Assembly (NCBI GenBank): GCA_027623675.1
Contig: JAQBVF010000024.1
Location: 1-54,656, forward strand
Length of the DNA: 54,656 nt
Source of the DNA: Chloroflexota bacterium
GTDB lineage: Bacteria > Chloroflexota > Dehalococcoidia > Lucifugimonadales > UBA3495
Reading direction: 5' to 3'
The first letter of the stretch is position 1. The number at the start of each line of letters is the position of its first letter. The notes beneath the pieces were generated by a model. The model was given only the letters and a program-made list of their open reading frames with translations. It did not search any database and was not told the DNA's origin. Shown here piece after piece: positions 37,353-47,569 of this stretch. Position numbers and translations under genes: made by a program.

Positions 37353-38795
37353 ATCTTCAACTGAGATGTTCTGGCTGTCCAGCCAGCCGCGGATGTCGTC
37401 GGCCAGCGCGTACTGCTTGTGTTCCCGGCAACTGGCGCGGAGGGCGACCAAGCGGTCGATGTCGGTATCGGACACCGCCGATTCGGGAGATGCCTCTTCG
37501 GCGATCAGGCTCGTCAATTCGACCAGACCGGCCTCGGTGAGCTTGTCCCGCAGGCCGTCCAGGATGGTGGCGTATGACTCGGGGTCGATGTCCATGGCCA
37601 GGTTACGCTCCTCGAAGGTCAAGCCAAGCAGCGAGCCCAGGTCCCTGAGGCAGTCTTGGGCGGCGGCGATGGAGCGTCCGGCGTCGCGCTGCCGGTTCAT
37701 CTCGCGGGCCAGGTCGAATAGGGCCGCCAGCGCCCTCGGTGTGTTCAGGTCGTCGTCCATGCCGGCCATGAACTGTTCCCGGAAGGAACTTGGGTCCATG
37801 GCTTCGCCCTTGGCGCCGGGGTCCGGCCTAAGGGCGTGACGCAGGCGGCTGGCGCTGCGTTCCATGGCGTCGCAGCCCTCGTCGGAGTAGCTGAGCGGGC
37901 TGCGGTAATGGGAGCTGAGGAAGTACAGGCGGATGGAGTCGGGGGTGTACTGGGCCAAGGCCTCTTCCACCGACACCAGGTTGCCCAGTGACTTGCTCAT
38001 CTTGTCTTCGCCCAGTTGCAGCAGACCGTTGTGCACCCAGTAGCGGGAGAATGGGGTCTTGCCGCTGGACGCTTCGCTCTGGGCGATCTCGTTCTCGTGG
38101 TGGGGGAAGATCAGGTCCTGCCCGCCGCCGTGGATGTCCAGCGTGTCGCCCAGATAGGTCATGGCCATGGCGGTGCATTCGATGTGCCAGCCAGGCCGGC
38201 CCGGTCCCCAGGGGCTGTCCCAAGACGGCTCACCAGGGCGCGCGCCCTTCCAGAGGACAAAGTCCATGGGGTGCTCTTTATTCTCGTCCACGTCGATCCG
38301 CGCGCCAGCCTGCATGCCGTCCAGAGTCCGGTGACTCAACTTGCCGTAGTCTTTTTTCTTGGTGACGCGGAAGAACACGTCGCCGCCGCCGGGGTAGGCG
38401 GAGCCGTTATCCACCAGGGTCCGGATGGTCTGGATGATGGGGCCGATCTCCTGGGTGGCGCGGGGGTAGACGTCGGCCCGCTTGATGTTCAGGCGGTCCA
38501 TGGTGCTGTAGAAGTCTTGGATGTAGCGTTCGGCCAGGTCTTCGGGCGAGATGCCCTGTTCTTGGGCGCGCTGGATGATCTTGTCGTCCACGTCGGTGAA
38601 GTTCTGGACGTGACGCACCTGGAAGCCGAGAAATTCCAGATACCGGCGCAGGGTGTCGAAAGCGACGTAGCTGAGGGCGTGGCCCACGTGGGTGGAGGAA
38701 TAAGGAGTAACCCCGCAGACGTACATCTTTACGGTGTTGCCGTCGTCGGGGGCGAACTCTTGGGCATCGCCGCTTAGGGTGTTGTATAACTTCAT
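37311..38795 (-). CDS. cysS: Cysteine--tRNA ligase
   Basis: MYVCGVTPY, HVGH, GRPGWHIEC, DIHGGG.DL.FPHHENE, KMSKSLGN. Confidence 0.97.
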   Translation of the reverse strand: MKLYNTLSGDAQEFAPDDGNTVKMYVCGVTPYSSTHVGHALSYVAFDTLRRYLEFLGFQVRHVQNFTDVDDKIIQRAQEQGISPEDLAERYIQDFYSTMDRLNIKRADVYPRATQEIGPIIQTIRTLVDNGSAYPGGGDVFFRVTKKKDYGKLSHRTLDGMQAGARIDVDENKEHPMDFVLWKGARPGEPSWDSPWGPGRPGWHIECTAMAMTYLGDTLDIHGGGQDLIFPHHENEIAQSEASSGKTPFSRYWVHNGLLQLGEDKMSKSLGNLVSVEEALAQYTPDSIRLYFLSSHYRSPLSYSDEGCDAMERSASRLRHALRPDPGAKGEAMDPSSFREQFMAGMDDDLNTPRALAALFDLAREMNRQRDAGRSIAAAQDCLRDLGSLLGLTFEERNLAMDIDPESYATILDGLRDKLTEAGLVELTSLIAEEASPESAVSDTDIDRLVALRASCREHKQYALADDIRGWLDSQNISVEDSGAGSIWEYRPNS

Positions 38796-38820
38796 GGATC
38801 TACTGCGGACCAGGGCGGGC

Positions 38821-39333
38821 TTAGCGCGGGCCGGATACGATGGTGGCCACGGCGCATGCCGCGATGCCTTCTTCCCTTCCCACGAACCCCATATAGTCGG
38901 TTGTGGTGATCTTTACGCTGACGCGGTCCGGGGAGACGGACAGGCATCTTGCCAGGTTCTCCCGCATCTCGGAACGGAAGGCGCTGAGGCTGGGTTTTTG
39001 CGCCAGTATTGTAGCATCAACGTTTGAGAGCCGCCAACCAGCCTCGCCGACCAGGGCGCCGACCCGCTCCAGCAGGACCAGGCTGGAGATGTCCTTGTAC
39101 TGGGCGTCGCTGGAGGGGAAATGCAGCCCCTTGTCGCCCAGGTTGGCCGCCCCCAGCAGGGCGTCCATGACCGCATGGACCAGCACATCGCCGTCGCTGT
39201 GGCCGGAGAGGCCCTTGTCGTGGGGAACGTCCACGCCGCCCAGCACCAGCCGCCGCCCCCCGGCCAGAGGGTGAGAGTCGAAGCCGATCCCGGACCGGAA
39301 TTCCGAGGGTTCGTTGTTAGCGGGCGTGGTCAT
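38821..39333 (-). CDS. ispF: 2-C-methyl-D-erythritol 2,4-cyclodiphosphate synthase
   Basis: GIGFDSH, GHSDGDVLVHA, GFVGREEGIA. Confidence 0.95.
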   Translation of the reverse strand: MTTPANNEPSEFRSGIGFDSHPLAGGRRLVLGGVDVPHDKGLSGHSDGDVLVHAVMDALLGAANLGDKGLHFPSSDAQYKDISSLVLLERVGALVGEAGWRLSNVDATILAQKPSLSAFRSEMRENLARCLSVSPDRVSVKITTTDYMGFVGREEGIAACAVATIVSGPR

Positions 39334-39369
39334 GCCGCAGGCCAATATCGAATCGAATAGAGGAAACGC

Positions 39370-42045
39370 CTATCTGTATTCCCGGAAATTATCAATCAGC
39401 TCCTTGAACGAGGTCGGTTTGTACTTCTCGAAGCCGTCCTCGTCCACGTAGACGTAATCATATACAACACTACTTTGCACGCGGTTGATGTCTTCGCACC
39501 ACTGCCTTAGCCGCTCCATCTTCAGCGGCACGTCTAGGTCCTCTCGTCCTTTGGTTTCGACGATAAAGGTTTTCTTGTCCGAGACTTTCACCAGAAAATC
39601 CGGGTAATAGTTGGAAATGTTGCCGTCGGCATTGACGTAATCCAGCTTGAAATTCACGGCGAAGTAATTCTTGGCGTAGGCCAGCACCTCGCTATCCTCA
39701 AGAAAACGGGCGAATCTGAGTTCAAGATTGTTGTCACCAACCAGCCTATTGAAAACGCTCTTGCTGGGCACTAAGTAGGGTTGGTCCTTGGTCACGAATG
39801 GGCGGGTCTTGCGTAATTTGATGGTATCGCGAATCTCAGCGTCGCCCTTGCCCATGATGGTCAATTCGTTAATCGCTTTTTTGAAAGTCTCAATCAGTGT
39901 TTTGGTGGCCGCAAGTTCGGACATATTACGGAGGGTGTTGGGGTCTTCCAGGTCAACGGGGCGGTCGAATAATTGGCCTTGGACAAAAGATTTGACCTTG
40001 CCGTACAGCACGTCGTAGCCGCTGACTAGGCGTAGGTCTTTCATGATGGTTTGGCTGAAATAGCCGATCACGCTCCGGTAGTCGGCGATGCCAGCCGTAT
40101 CCAAAACGGTGGTATGGGTGGTCTCGCCGGTGGTGATGTCTTTGAAGATGATCTCACGCTGTTGTTCTTCGGTGAACTGGCGGTAGTTAACCTTGTTGTT
40201 CCCCAGGTCTCCAACTTCCAAACCGGCCAGGTTCTTGTACTCCCGGTACACTCGTGGGGTAAGCACGGGAATTTCAATGTCCAGGGCGTTGAGGTCCTTC
40301 TTCTCGTTTTCATTATCAATTTCCACAACCAAGGGGGTCTTGGGCTGCGTCCCTTCGCCCATGGGCTTGCGCTCCAACTCAACGCCTTCGGCTTGGATGG
40401 ATTCCACAAAGTCCATAAATGCTTCCGTGCCCACCACGCTGACTTCTTCTTTCTCGCTGTCGGGGTACATCTTACGCAGGCCCCGCCCCAGGGTCTGTTC
40501 GGGCAGGATGTTGCTTTTGGCTGAGTATGGGCGCAGCCCAACAATGGTGGTGACATTGCGCACGTCCCATCCCTCTTTGAGCACCATTACGGAGACGATT
40601 GCCTTGTACTTGTTGTCCTGACCGTCGATGGCGTTGGCCAACCCGCGAAGCCGTTCTAGCTCCTCTTTACCTTTGCCCGTCGCCGCTTCGGAAATCTCAC
40701 CGTTGTTTCGGGTGTGAATCACCAGAACCGCGTCCTTCAAGTCGGGGTAATTGCCCTCCAGATACTCGGCAACGTCGTCACAGTTTTGGGTGTCGTCGGT
40801 CATGACAAAAAGGATTGCCTTCTTGCCCATCTTGTCATGCACGGCATAGGCATTGCGCCACTCGATCACGCCCAAGTCGATGTAGTCGGCGTACTTCTCG
40901 GTGTACTTGACACTCTGGCGTTCCACCAGCTTAGCCCGGCTGGGGGCGTCGGGCAGGACCGGGTGCTTGACTATGTTCTGAGAAATGGCTTCCACCAGCG
41001 GGTAATCGGCCACGGTCTGCACGAAGATTGCGCCGTTGTTGTGCCTGGGGGTGGCGGTCACGTCTATTTCAAGTGCCAGGGCGGACCCCTTCTGCTTGAG
41101 CCGGTTGTGGATATCCTCGATGGACTTGAACCAGGCCATCTTGGGGTCGTGAATGTGGTGCGCCTCGTCGTTGAACACTGCCAGCTCGTCAACGTCTCGG
41201 ACAATCATGCCCAGGTCCACCTTGGAGTCGGTGGTCGAGCCGGAGGGCCGTTTGCCCAGGAAATAGTCCATGGTGTTGTCGTCATCGGGTGAGGCGGGAA
41301 CGTCGTCGCCGGCGTAGACGCGGTGGATGTTGGTCAGAAAGATGTTGCCGGTGGGTCTGGTGATGTTTACCTGGTCCTGCTTGTGCAGGGTTAGTTGGAA
41401 ATCGTCACGCCAGTTGCGCCCGTCCACGCCGTTATCGGGCAGCACCGGGTCGGCGAAGAAAATGCGGAGGCCACCGAAATCCCGGTATAGCCGGTCGAGC
41501 ACGATGATGTTGGGGACAATCACCAAAAAGTTACGCGCCAGTTCGGAGTCCGGCTCGTACAGCCTGTGGAAGTAGCTCCAGGCCAGGGCTAGGCTCATGA
41601 CCTTGGTCTTGCCGGTGCCGGTGGCCATCTTTATCACCAGCCTCCGCCAGGTCTCGTCGAACATGCCGGTCGAGACCGCTCCTGAACTATCGAAGCGCAT
41701 CAAGTCGTACTTATCTTTAGCCCTTACGACGTCGTACAGGTAAATGATGGTTTCCAGGGCCTCCCGCTGGGCGAAGTAATACTGGAACTCGGCCATCGCG
41801 CCATCGGACTGGGGCAACAGGTGCGGCGTGTTGAACCACCAATTGAGGAGGCTGCGGCTGGTGTCGGTAGCCCCGGCGTAGCTTTTGTCCCGCCATGCTT
41901 TAACTTGCTTGCGCAGTTCCGGTACCAATGGCGGCAACAACTTGTCCATGGTGGTCTCGCGCAATGCTTCGTCAGCGGGGAACCAACGGATATCCGGGTC
42001 GAGGATCGCGTGGGGGGACTGGGGGAAATCAGGGTGCAGGGCCAT
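39370..42045 (-). CDS. res: Type III restriction endonuclease subunit
   Basis: MATGTGKT, NDEAHH, TATP, LKEGWDV, EQTLGRGLR helicase motifs; C-terminal YYPDF...VETKG nuclease. Confidence 0.9.
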   Translation of the reverse strand: MALHPDFPQSPHAILDPDIRWFPADEALRETTMDKLLPPLVPELRKQVKAWRDKSYAGATDTSRSLLNWWFNTPHLLPQSDGAMAEFQYYFAQREALETIIYLYDVVRAKDKYDLMRFDSSGAVSTGMFDETWRRLVIKMATGTGKTKVMSLALAWSYFHRLYEPDSELARNFLVIVPNIIVLDRLYRDFGGLRIFFADPVLPDNGVDGRNWRDDFQLTLHKQDQVNITRPTGNIFLTNIHRVYAGDDVPASPDDDNTMDYFLGKRPSGSTTDSKVDLGMIVRDVDELAVFNDEAHHIHDPKMAWFKSIEDIHNRLKQKGSALALEIDVTATPRHNNGAIFVQTVADYPLVEAISQNIVKHPVLPDAPSRAKLVERQSVKYTEKYADYIDLGVIEWRNAYAVHDKMGKKAILFVMTDDTQNCDDVAEYLEGNYPDLKDAVLVIHTRNNGEISEAATGKGKEELERLRGLANAIDGQDNKYKAIVSVMVLKEGWDVRNVTTIVGLRPYSAKSNILPEQTLGRGLRKMYPDSEKEEVSVVGTEAFMDFVESIQAEGVELERKPMGEGTQPKTPLVVEIDNENEKKDLNALDIEIPVLTPRVYREYKNLAGLEVGDLGNNKVNYRQFTEEQQREIIFKDITTGETTHTTVLDTAGIADYRSVIGYFSQTIMKDLRLVSGYDVLYGKVKSFVQGQLFDRPVDLEDPNTLRNMSELAATKTLIETFKKAINELTIMGKGDAEIRDTIKLRKTRPFVTKDQPYLVPSKSVFNRLVGDNNLELRFARFLEDSEVLAYAKNYFAVNFKLDYVNADGNISNYYPDFLVKVSDKKTFIVETKGREDLDVPLKMERLRQWCEDINRVQSSVVYDYVYVDEDGFEKYKPTSFKELIDNFREYR

Positions 42046-42129
42046 ATGGCCTAACCTCTTTCAACAGATGATGGGCCTCTGTAATGTCTGTAAATCATAA
42101 AGCTTCTTACCGTCATCGGCGGCCTCCCA

Positions 42130-42482
42130 CTGTCATTTCGACCGAAGGGAGAAATCTTGGCCCCATTCCGAGCTCAAATCTTTCCACGCAGGGTTTTGCT
42201 CATGAACCAAGTTGTTCTTCTTTTCACGACGCCACTTCTTTATTTCCTTCTTTCTTTCCAGTGCCGCCGTGACATCAGTAGTGTGTTCGAAATACACAAG
42301 TTTGCTCACATTGTACTTTTCGGTAAACCCTTTCAGAGCCTTGGTTTTGTGTTCGTAAACCCTTCGTTCGAGGTTGTTCGTAACCCCGACATACATCACC
42401 TTGTTGTTCCAATTGGTCAGCAGATAGACATAGTAGGTTCGTTCCGAGGTCACAAGATTTATCCCTTCGGTCGAAATGACAG
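42130..42482 (-). mobile_element. Putative minimal element: GIY-YIG ORF bounded by 30-bp inverted repeats
   Basis: CTGTCATTTCGACCGAAGGGAGAAATCTTG (42130-42159) matches the reverse complement of 42453-42482 at 29/30 positions; lower GC inside. Confidence 0.7.
42133..42453 (-). CDS. Small GIY-YIG nuclease (UPF0213/YhbQ-like)
   Basis: YYVYLL...MYVGVTNNLERRVYEH, FT.KYNV.KLVYFE, IKKWRREKK, NP.W.DL. Confidence 0.9.
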   Translation of the reverse strand: MTSERTYYVYLLTNWNNKVMYVGVTNNLERRVYEHKTKALKGFTEKYNVSKLVYFEHTTDVTAALERKKEIKKWRREKKNNLVHEQNPAWKDLSSEWGQDFSLRSK

Positions 42483-42500
42483 ATCACGGCGTGATGAAGG

Positions 42501-44807
42501 TTATCTAATAGTTACCTCGACAATCGTCATGGTGTCGTTGCCAAAGATGTCCACGACTTTTACGGCCAACTTGCGCCGCCCCGGAGGACATTCGCGGGCG
42601 ACGCTGGTCAGTTCCAGGGAGCGGTCTTTCTTGGTGCGGAAGGACTGCCATTCGTTCTCGAAGATGTAATCCCCGGTCCAGACCTCTTCGTACTCGGTCA
42701 GGGCCGCTTGTTCGGGCCGCTCCATGCTCGCCATCTGCGCCTGCCTGGCTGGCTCACGCTTGACCCGGATGATCTCCCGCTTGTTCTCGAAATTGAAGTC
42801 CACCGCCCAATAATCGATCCAGTCCGTCCAGTTCTGGGTGAGCAATTCCCGGCTGACCAGGCCGTTGGCGTCTTTGCTCACCTTCACGATTTGACCTTGC
42901 TCCACCACGATCCTGCTAGCCTTATCCTTGAGAGTGGCTTCGGCGTTGGCGATGGAGTCCTGGGAGTAGAAGACGGAGAAATCGGTGAGCTGCACGGGCA
43001 CCTGATTGGCGTTGACGCGGGGCGTGACCTCGATGAATGACACATCGTGGAAGACCACCTGATTGCGGTCCACCGCCCGTTTGTCGAATACCTCAGCGGG
43101 GATGTACTTGGGGGCGATGTCGATGCCCTTGGCTCGGGCCTCGTCCAGCACGTTGGGGAACAGGCCCATCTCGAACTCGAAGCCCAGGATGTCGACCCGG
43201 GTGATGTGCTTCTGGCGGCACTCCAGGATAACCTCTTCCACGTACAGCCGGGTGACCGGCAGGTTGACCGGCCCCACCGCCACCAGCCGCCCGGCCTTCT
43301 TGCCGTGGAAGGTCTGAAATCCGTCGGTCTTTTCGGCCCTATAGGCCCGCAGGATCAGGTCTAGGAAGGCGGCTTCCTTCTCCTGCATCTGTTGCTGCTG
43401 TTCGGCTTCCCGAAGGTTGGGATTCACGCCGATGTAGTGCTGGCGCTCGTACTTGCCCAGGTTGAGGACCTCGAAGGCGCGGTAGTCCTGGCCTTTGGCT
43501 TTCAACTCCCGCTGGACGCCAATCATTCGCTTGCGGGTGGTGTGGATGGCGAATTTACCGAGGTCCGATACGATCCACTTACGGCCCAGCTTTTCGGCTA
43601 CGGCGGCAGTAGTGCCAGAACCGACGAAGAAGTCAGCTACCAAGTCACCCTCGTTGGATGAGGCCTTGATGATTCGGTCGAGCAGGGCCTCGGGTTTTTG
43701 GGTAGGGTAGTTTAATATTTCGGCATTCCTTCCCTTTAGCAGCTTGATATCCACCCACATATTCGTGATGAGTTGGCCTTCATACGAATCGAGGTATATC
43801 TTTTTGTAAACCTGCCTACTCTTATCTTCGGGATAATATATCAATCCTTGGCTGTCGAGTTCCTCCATCGCTTCCCGCGAATAGCGCCACCCGTTTGCTG
43901 GCGTCTTGTACCCTTTAAAGTCATAGTACAAGTTCGCTCGGAAGGTGGGGCTACCGCAGACGTTCAACATGAACCGTCGGCCATCGGGGTCTGACCGCGT
44001 GAACATCTGTTCCACGTAATCTTGATCTGGCTCCATGTAAACCTGATTCCAAATTGGGGAGTCAGTTTTTGAATATAGATAAATTGTGTCGGTGTTTACA
44101 GACATCTTGTTCATGTTGCTCAGCGCAGAGCCGCCTTTTCGCTTCCATATGATCTCGTTGACCATGTTGCGCTCGGAGAAAACCTCACTCAACGCTTGCC
44201 GTATGAAGCTATTGACTCGATAATCGCAGTGCACATATATACTGCCATCATCGGCCAGCAAGTCCCGCATCAGCACCAGCCGCTCGTAGATCATGGCGAT
44301 GAACGAATCCGCGCCCTTGCCCCAGGTGTCCCGGTAGGCGATCTCCTCCAGGATGTTGGGCCGCTTGGTGAAGGTGCCGCCGCCGATCTCGATGTCCATG
44401 CTGAAATCAGCGCCTACGTCGAAGGGCGGGTCGATGTAGATCAGCTTGATGCCGTCCTGGGCTTCGATCTCCTCCCGCAGCGGGCCGTTCTTCAGGCTGG
44501 AGAGGACCAGTTTGTTGTCGCCCCAGATCAGCTTGTTGGTCCAGCCCTTTAGCTGGCGGCCCCGGTCGTCCAGGTCAAACAGGCTCCCCTGCAACCGGGT
44601 GTCCGTCTCGGCGCGGGGCTCGTCCACCTGCTCGATCACCTGAAATGGCAGCACGATGTTGCTGACCTCGTTGGTCTTGCCGTTCCAGACCAACTCAACT
44701 TCCCGCTTGTCCTCGAACAAAAGAAAGCGGTACTTGTCGGGCAGGGGCCGGTCGGCTTCCAGGTAACGGATTATCTCTTGTTGCTCTTGTTCCGTCAGTC
44801 GCGGCAT
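42501..44807 (-). CDS. mod: Type III adenine methyltransferase (Mod, beta class)
   Basis: LIYIDPPF motif [21 protein letters not shown] motif [12 protein letters not shown]-terminus; upstream of res. Confidence 0.9.
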   Translation of the reverse strand: MPRLTEQEQQEIIRYLEADRPLPDKYRFLLFEDKREVELVWNGKTNEVSNIVLPFQVIEQVDEPRAETDTRLQGSLFDLDDRGRQLKGWTNKLIWGDNKLVLSSLKNGPLREEIEAQDGIKLIYIDPPFDVGADFSMDIEIGGGTFTKRPNILEEIAYRDTWGKGADSFIAMIYERLVLMRDLLADDGSIYVHCDYRVNSFIRQALSEVFSERNMVNEIIWKRKGGSALSNMNKMSVNTDTIYLYSKTDSPIWNQVYMEPDQDYVEQMFTRSDPDGRRFMLNVCGSPTFRANLYYDFKGYKTPANGWRYSREAMEELDSQGLIYYPEDKSRQVYKKIYLDSYEGQLITNMWVDIKLLKGRNAEILNYPTQKPEALLDRIIKASSNEGDLVADFFVGSGTTAAVAEKLGRKWIVSDLGKFAIHTTRKRMIGVQRELKAKGQDYRAFEVLNLGKYERQHYIGVNPNLREAEQQQQMQEKEAAFLDLILRAYRAEKTDGFQTFHGKKAGRLVAVGPVNLPVTRLYVEEVILECRQKHITRVDILGFEFEMGLFPNVLDEARAKGIDIAPKYIPAEVFDKRAVDRNQVVFHDVSFIEVTPRVNANQVPVQLTDFSVFYSQDSIANAEATLKDKASRIVVEQGQIVKVSKDANGLVSRELLTQNWTDWIDYWAVDFNFENKREIIRVKREPARQAQMASMERPEQAALTEYEEVWTGDYIFENEWQSFRTKKDRSLELTSVARECPPGRRKLAVKVVDIFGNDTMTIVEVTIR

Positions 44808-44928
44808 GAATCTACCCTACTGCGCCTTTCGTTGGGTGACCGATGGGTTGAATAACTTTACACCACTGACCGGTTCGGTGAACAGCGGCGCGTGTCCATT
44901 CGGGGACCGTGACTGCGCCTAAGTTCGG

Positions 44929-44955
44929 GTCCTTCGACAAGCTCAGGATGAGCGG
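44929..44955 (+). repeat. REP-like repeat, copy 2
   Basis: GTCCTTCGACAAGCTCAGGATGAGCGG at the ispD/mod junction. Confidence 0.75.
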
Positions 44956-44980
44956 ACGGAGGGCGGTAGTGTTGTTGGAA

Positions 44981-45673
44981 TCAGGTGGTGGACGACGCCT
45001 TCAAGAACGCTTCGGCGATGATCAGGTCGCCGGCGGTGGTGACTTTGATGTTCTCGTAGGCGCCCAGGAACATCTTTACGGGGTGGCCTTGGGCTTCGAC
45101 CATGGCGGCGTCGTCGGTCACGTCGCCGGCGTGGGTGCGGTGGGTCTCCAGCAGCAGGCCGTAGCGGAACACCTGCGGGGTTTGGGCGGCCCAGAGGAGG
45201 GAGCGGTCGGGGGTGTCGCTGACCATCTGTTCGTCTGAAACCAGCTTGATGGTGTCTTTCACGGGCACTCCGGCCACGGCCGACCCGCATTCGGCGGCGG
45301 CGTCCAGTCCGCGTTGCAGCATGGCTTCATCGAAGCAGGGGCGGGCGCCGTCGTGGACTATCACCCAGCCGCAGGGCGCCAGTTGTTCCAGCCCGTTCCG
45401 CACCGAGTCCTGGCGTCTTTGGCCGCCGGCGCAGACCTGGGCAACCTTGCGGTAGTTCTGTCGCCGGACCAGTTCTTGGCCGCGTTCCACGGAGTCTTCG
45501 GCCAGGACCAAGACGATCTGGCTGATGCGGGGGGAGGACTCGAGGCGGCCCAGGGTATGGGCGATCAGGGGCAGGCCAAGGATGGGGGCAAAGGTCTTGT
45601 CCACGCCTCCCATCCTGGTGCTGCGCCCGGCAGCCACCACTATCGCGCCTACATCGGTCAACGGGGCAGTCAA
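44981..45673 (-). CDS. ispD: 2-C-methyl-D-erythritol 4-phosphate cytidylyltransferase
   Basis: AAGRSTRMG..DK, GG.RRQDSV, VHDGARP, AQTPQVF, TDDA, NIKVTT. Confidence 0.95.
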   Translation of the reverse strand: MTAPLTDVGAIVVAAGRSTRMGGVDKTFAPILGLPLIAHTLGRLESSPRISQIVLVLAEDSVERGQELVRRQNYRKVAQVCAGGQRRQDSVRNGLEQLAPCGWVIVHDGARPCFDEAMLQRGLDAAAECGSAVAGVPVKDTIKLVSDEQMVSDTPDRSLLWAAQTPQVFRYGLLLETHRTHAGDVTDDAAMVEAQGHPVKMFLGAYENIKVTTAGDLIIAEAFLKASSTT

Positions 45674-45866
45674 CTGGGCGTTGCCTTGAGGGCGAGGGTG
45701 TTGAACCGGCCCGCCGGTCCAAGGCGTGACAAACTTGGCACCCTGAGCTGGCGAAGGGTCTCGTTCTTTGAATCTGAGTGGTCACGAGTCAAGATAGGCT
45801 TCGTCGTTGCACTCCTCTGAATGACACGTTTGGACAAGGGCTGCTCCGGTGGCCACCGGCTAAGGC

Positions 45867-47000
45867 CTATTCGCCTCTGGGTTGGGCGAAGATGATTCGG
45901 CCGGCCGCGGTCTGCAGCACCCTGGTCACGGCCACATCATGGAACGCGTTCAGGTAGCGCCGGCCGCCTTCGACCACCACCATGGTGCCGTCGTCCAGGT
46001 AGGCGACGCCCTGGCCGACTTCCTTGCCCTCTTGGACTATGTTCACCCGCAGCTCTTCGCCGGGGAGAACGATGGACTTGAGGGCGTTGGCCAACTCGTT
46101 AACGTTCAAGACTTGGACGCCCTGCAGTTCGGCCACGCGGTTCAGGTTGTAGTCGGTGGTGAGGATGGACGCTTTCATCTCCCGGGCCAGCTGGACCAGG
46201 ACGGCGTCGACTTCCTTGCCGTTCTCCACGCCTACGTCCAATACCTGTAACGGGACAGACTCGTCTTTCCGCAGCTTGCCCAGTACCTCCAGGCCACGGC
46301 GGCCCCGGTTGCGCCGCAGCGGGTCACTGGAGTCGGCGATGTGGCGCAGTTCATCCAAGACGAAGCGGGGGACCACCAGCGAGCCCTCGAGGAATCCGGT
46401 GATGCTGAGATCGGCGATCCGGCCGTCGATGATCGCGCTGGTATCCACCAGGATATTGCCGTTGCGCGACGATTTCTGAGACTTGACCTTGTCGGCCTTG
46501 CCGGTCCAGCCGTTGCTGTTGGAGCCTTTGGCGTGGCCGTTCGTGCTGCCGATAGTGCCGTATGACTCCACTACGGAATCTAGGCTGGGAAACAGCGCGC
46601 GGACGTCCCGTTCCCGCTGCACGCCAAGCCAGAGTCCGAAGAGGCCCAGCGTGACGTTCACGATGACCGGCACGGCCCATCCGGCCCAACCGGGCAGCGT
46701 ATAGAGCGGGATGGATATGAGCGAGGCGACGACCAGGCCCACGAGTAAGCCGGCCGTGGCTGAGATCAATGCCGAGCCGCGTATGGAGTCGATATATCTT
46801 GCGCTGATGCGCCAGGACGTGAGGAAAAGGTAGGGGATTAAAACTCCCCCGATCATTGCGCCGGCCAGGGTTAGTGCGAGGCCCCAGGGTAAGAATTCTT
46901 CGTTATCTGAATATGATTCCGAAAGATAGAGTCCGAGCCGCCAGCCAATTACCCCAAGACCCCCGGCGCTCAATATTCTGAGCATCCAAAGGGCCACCAT
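45867..47000 (-). CDS. yacL: Membrane PIN/TRAM-domain protein (YacL family)
   Basis: N-terminal TM helices; DTSAIIDGRI, FVLDELR, TDYNLN, QGVAYLDDGTMVVVE, QTAAGRIIFA. Confidence 0.9.
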   Translation of the reverse strand: MVALWMLRILSAGGLGVIGWRLGLYLSESYSDNEEFLPWGLALTLAGAMIGGVLIPYLFLTSWRISARYIDSIRGSALISATAGLLVGLVVASLISIPLYTLPGWAGWAVPVIVNVTLGLFGLWLGVQRERDVRALFPSLDSVVESYGTIGSTNGHAKGSNSNGWTGKADKVKSQKSSRNGNILVDTSAIIDGRIADLSITGFLEGSLVVPRFVLDELRHIADSSDPLRRNRGRRGLEVLGKLRKDESVPLQVLDVGVENGKEVDAVLVQLAREMKASILTTDYNLNRVAELQGVQVLNVNELANALKSIVLPGEELRVNIVQEGKEVGQGVAYLDDGTMVVVEGGRRYLNAFHDVAVTRVLQTAAGRIIFAQPRGE

Positions 47001-47569
47001 TTGAGGTTACCTCCTTGCCAGCCGCGGCACGGGCATCGGGCCAACCGTGCCGACAACACTGGACGGATAATTTGTTAATTATGCGGGATTCCGAGCTTAG
47101 AGATGCGATAACGGCGGTGATCAGACTACGATCGATGTGCTGGTCACATCCTAGTCTCGCCGCCGCCGTGGGCCTTGTCTCTCAAGCCGTTTGGGATGTA
47201 TCTGCTCCGGCCCGGCCGCCGGTTTGCCTGATGGATGGGTTTTCCGTGGATTATTCACGGGATTTCCCGTCGAATCTCCGCGGTCCCGCTCCGGCCGGTA
47301 GCCCCGTTTTTAGGGCGCTACGGGCTGCGAATCAGCCTTGATTACGAGAAACGTCTTTCAGGACCCGACATAATTGAGAATAGCACATGTACCCATACCG
47401 GGGAAGGTATTTTTTAGGAGTCGGCCCTGATGGACCGGCCGACTGGCCCCATCGCATCGTCTGGGCTGTCCGTCGGTGTCGATTCTGCTGAACCGTCGTA
47501 TACTCCGGGTCTCGATCCGACAAAGACTGCGGTCTCAGGCACAACTTATACAGCATGTGGAGTTGATCC

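Noticed and set aside
42501..44807. Phase-variable mod (phasevarion)
   Set aside because: No simple-sequence repeat tract seen in or before the ORF
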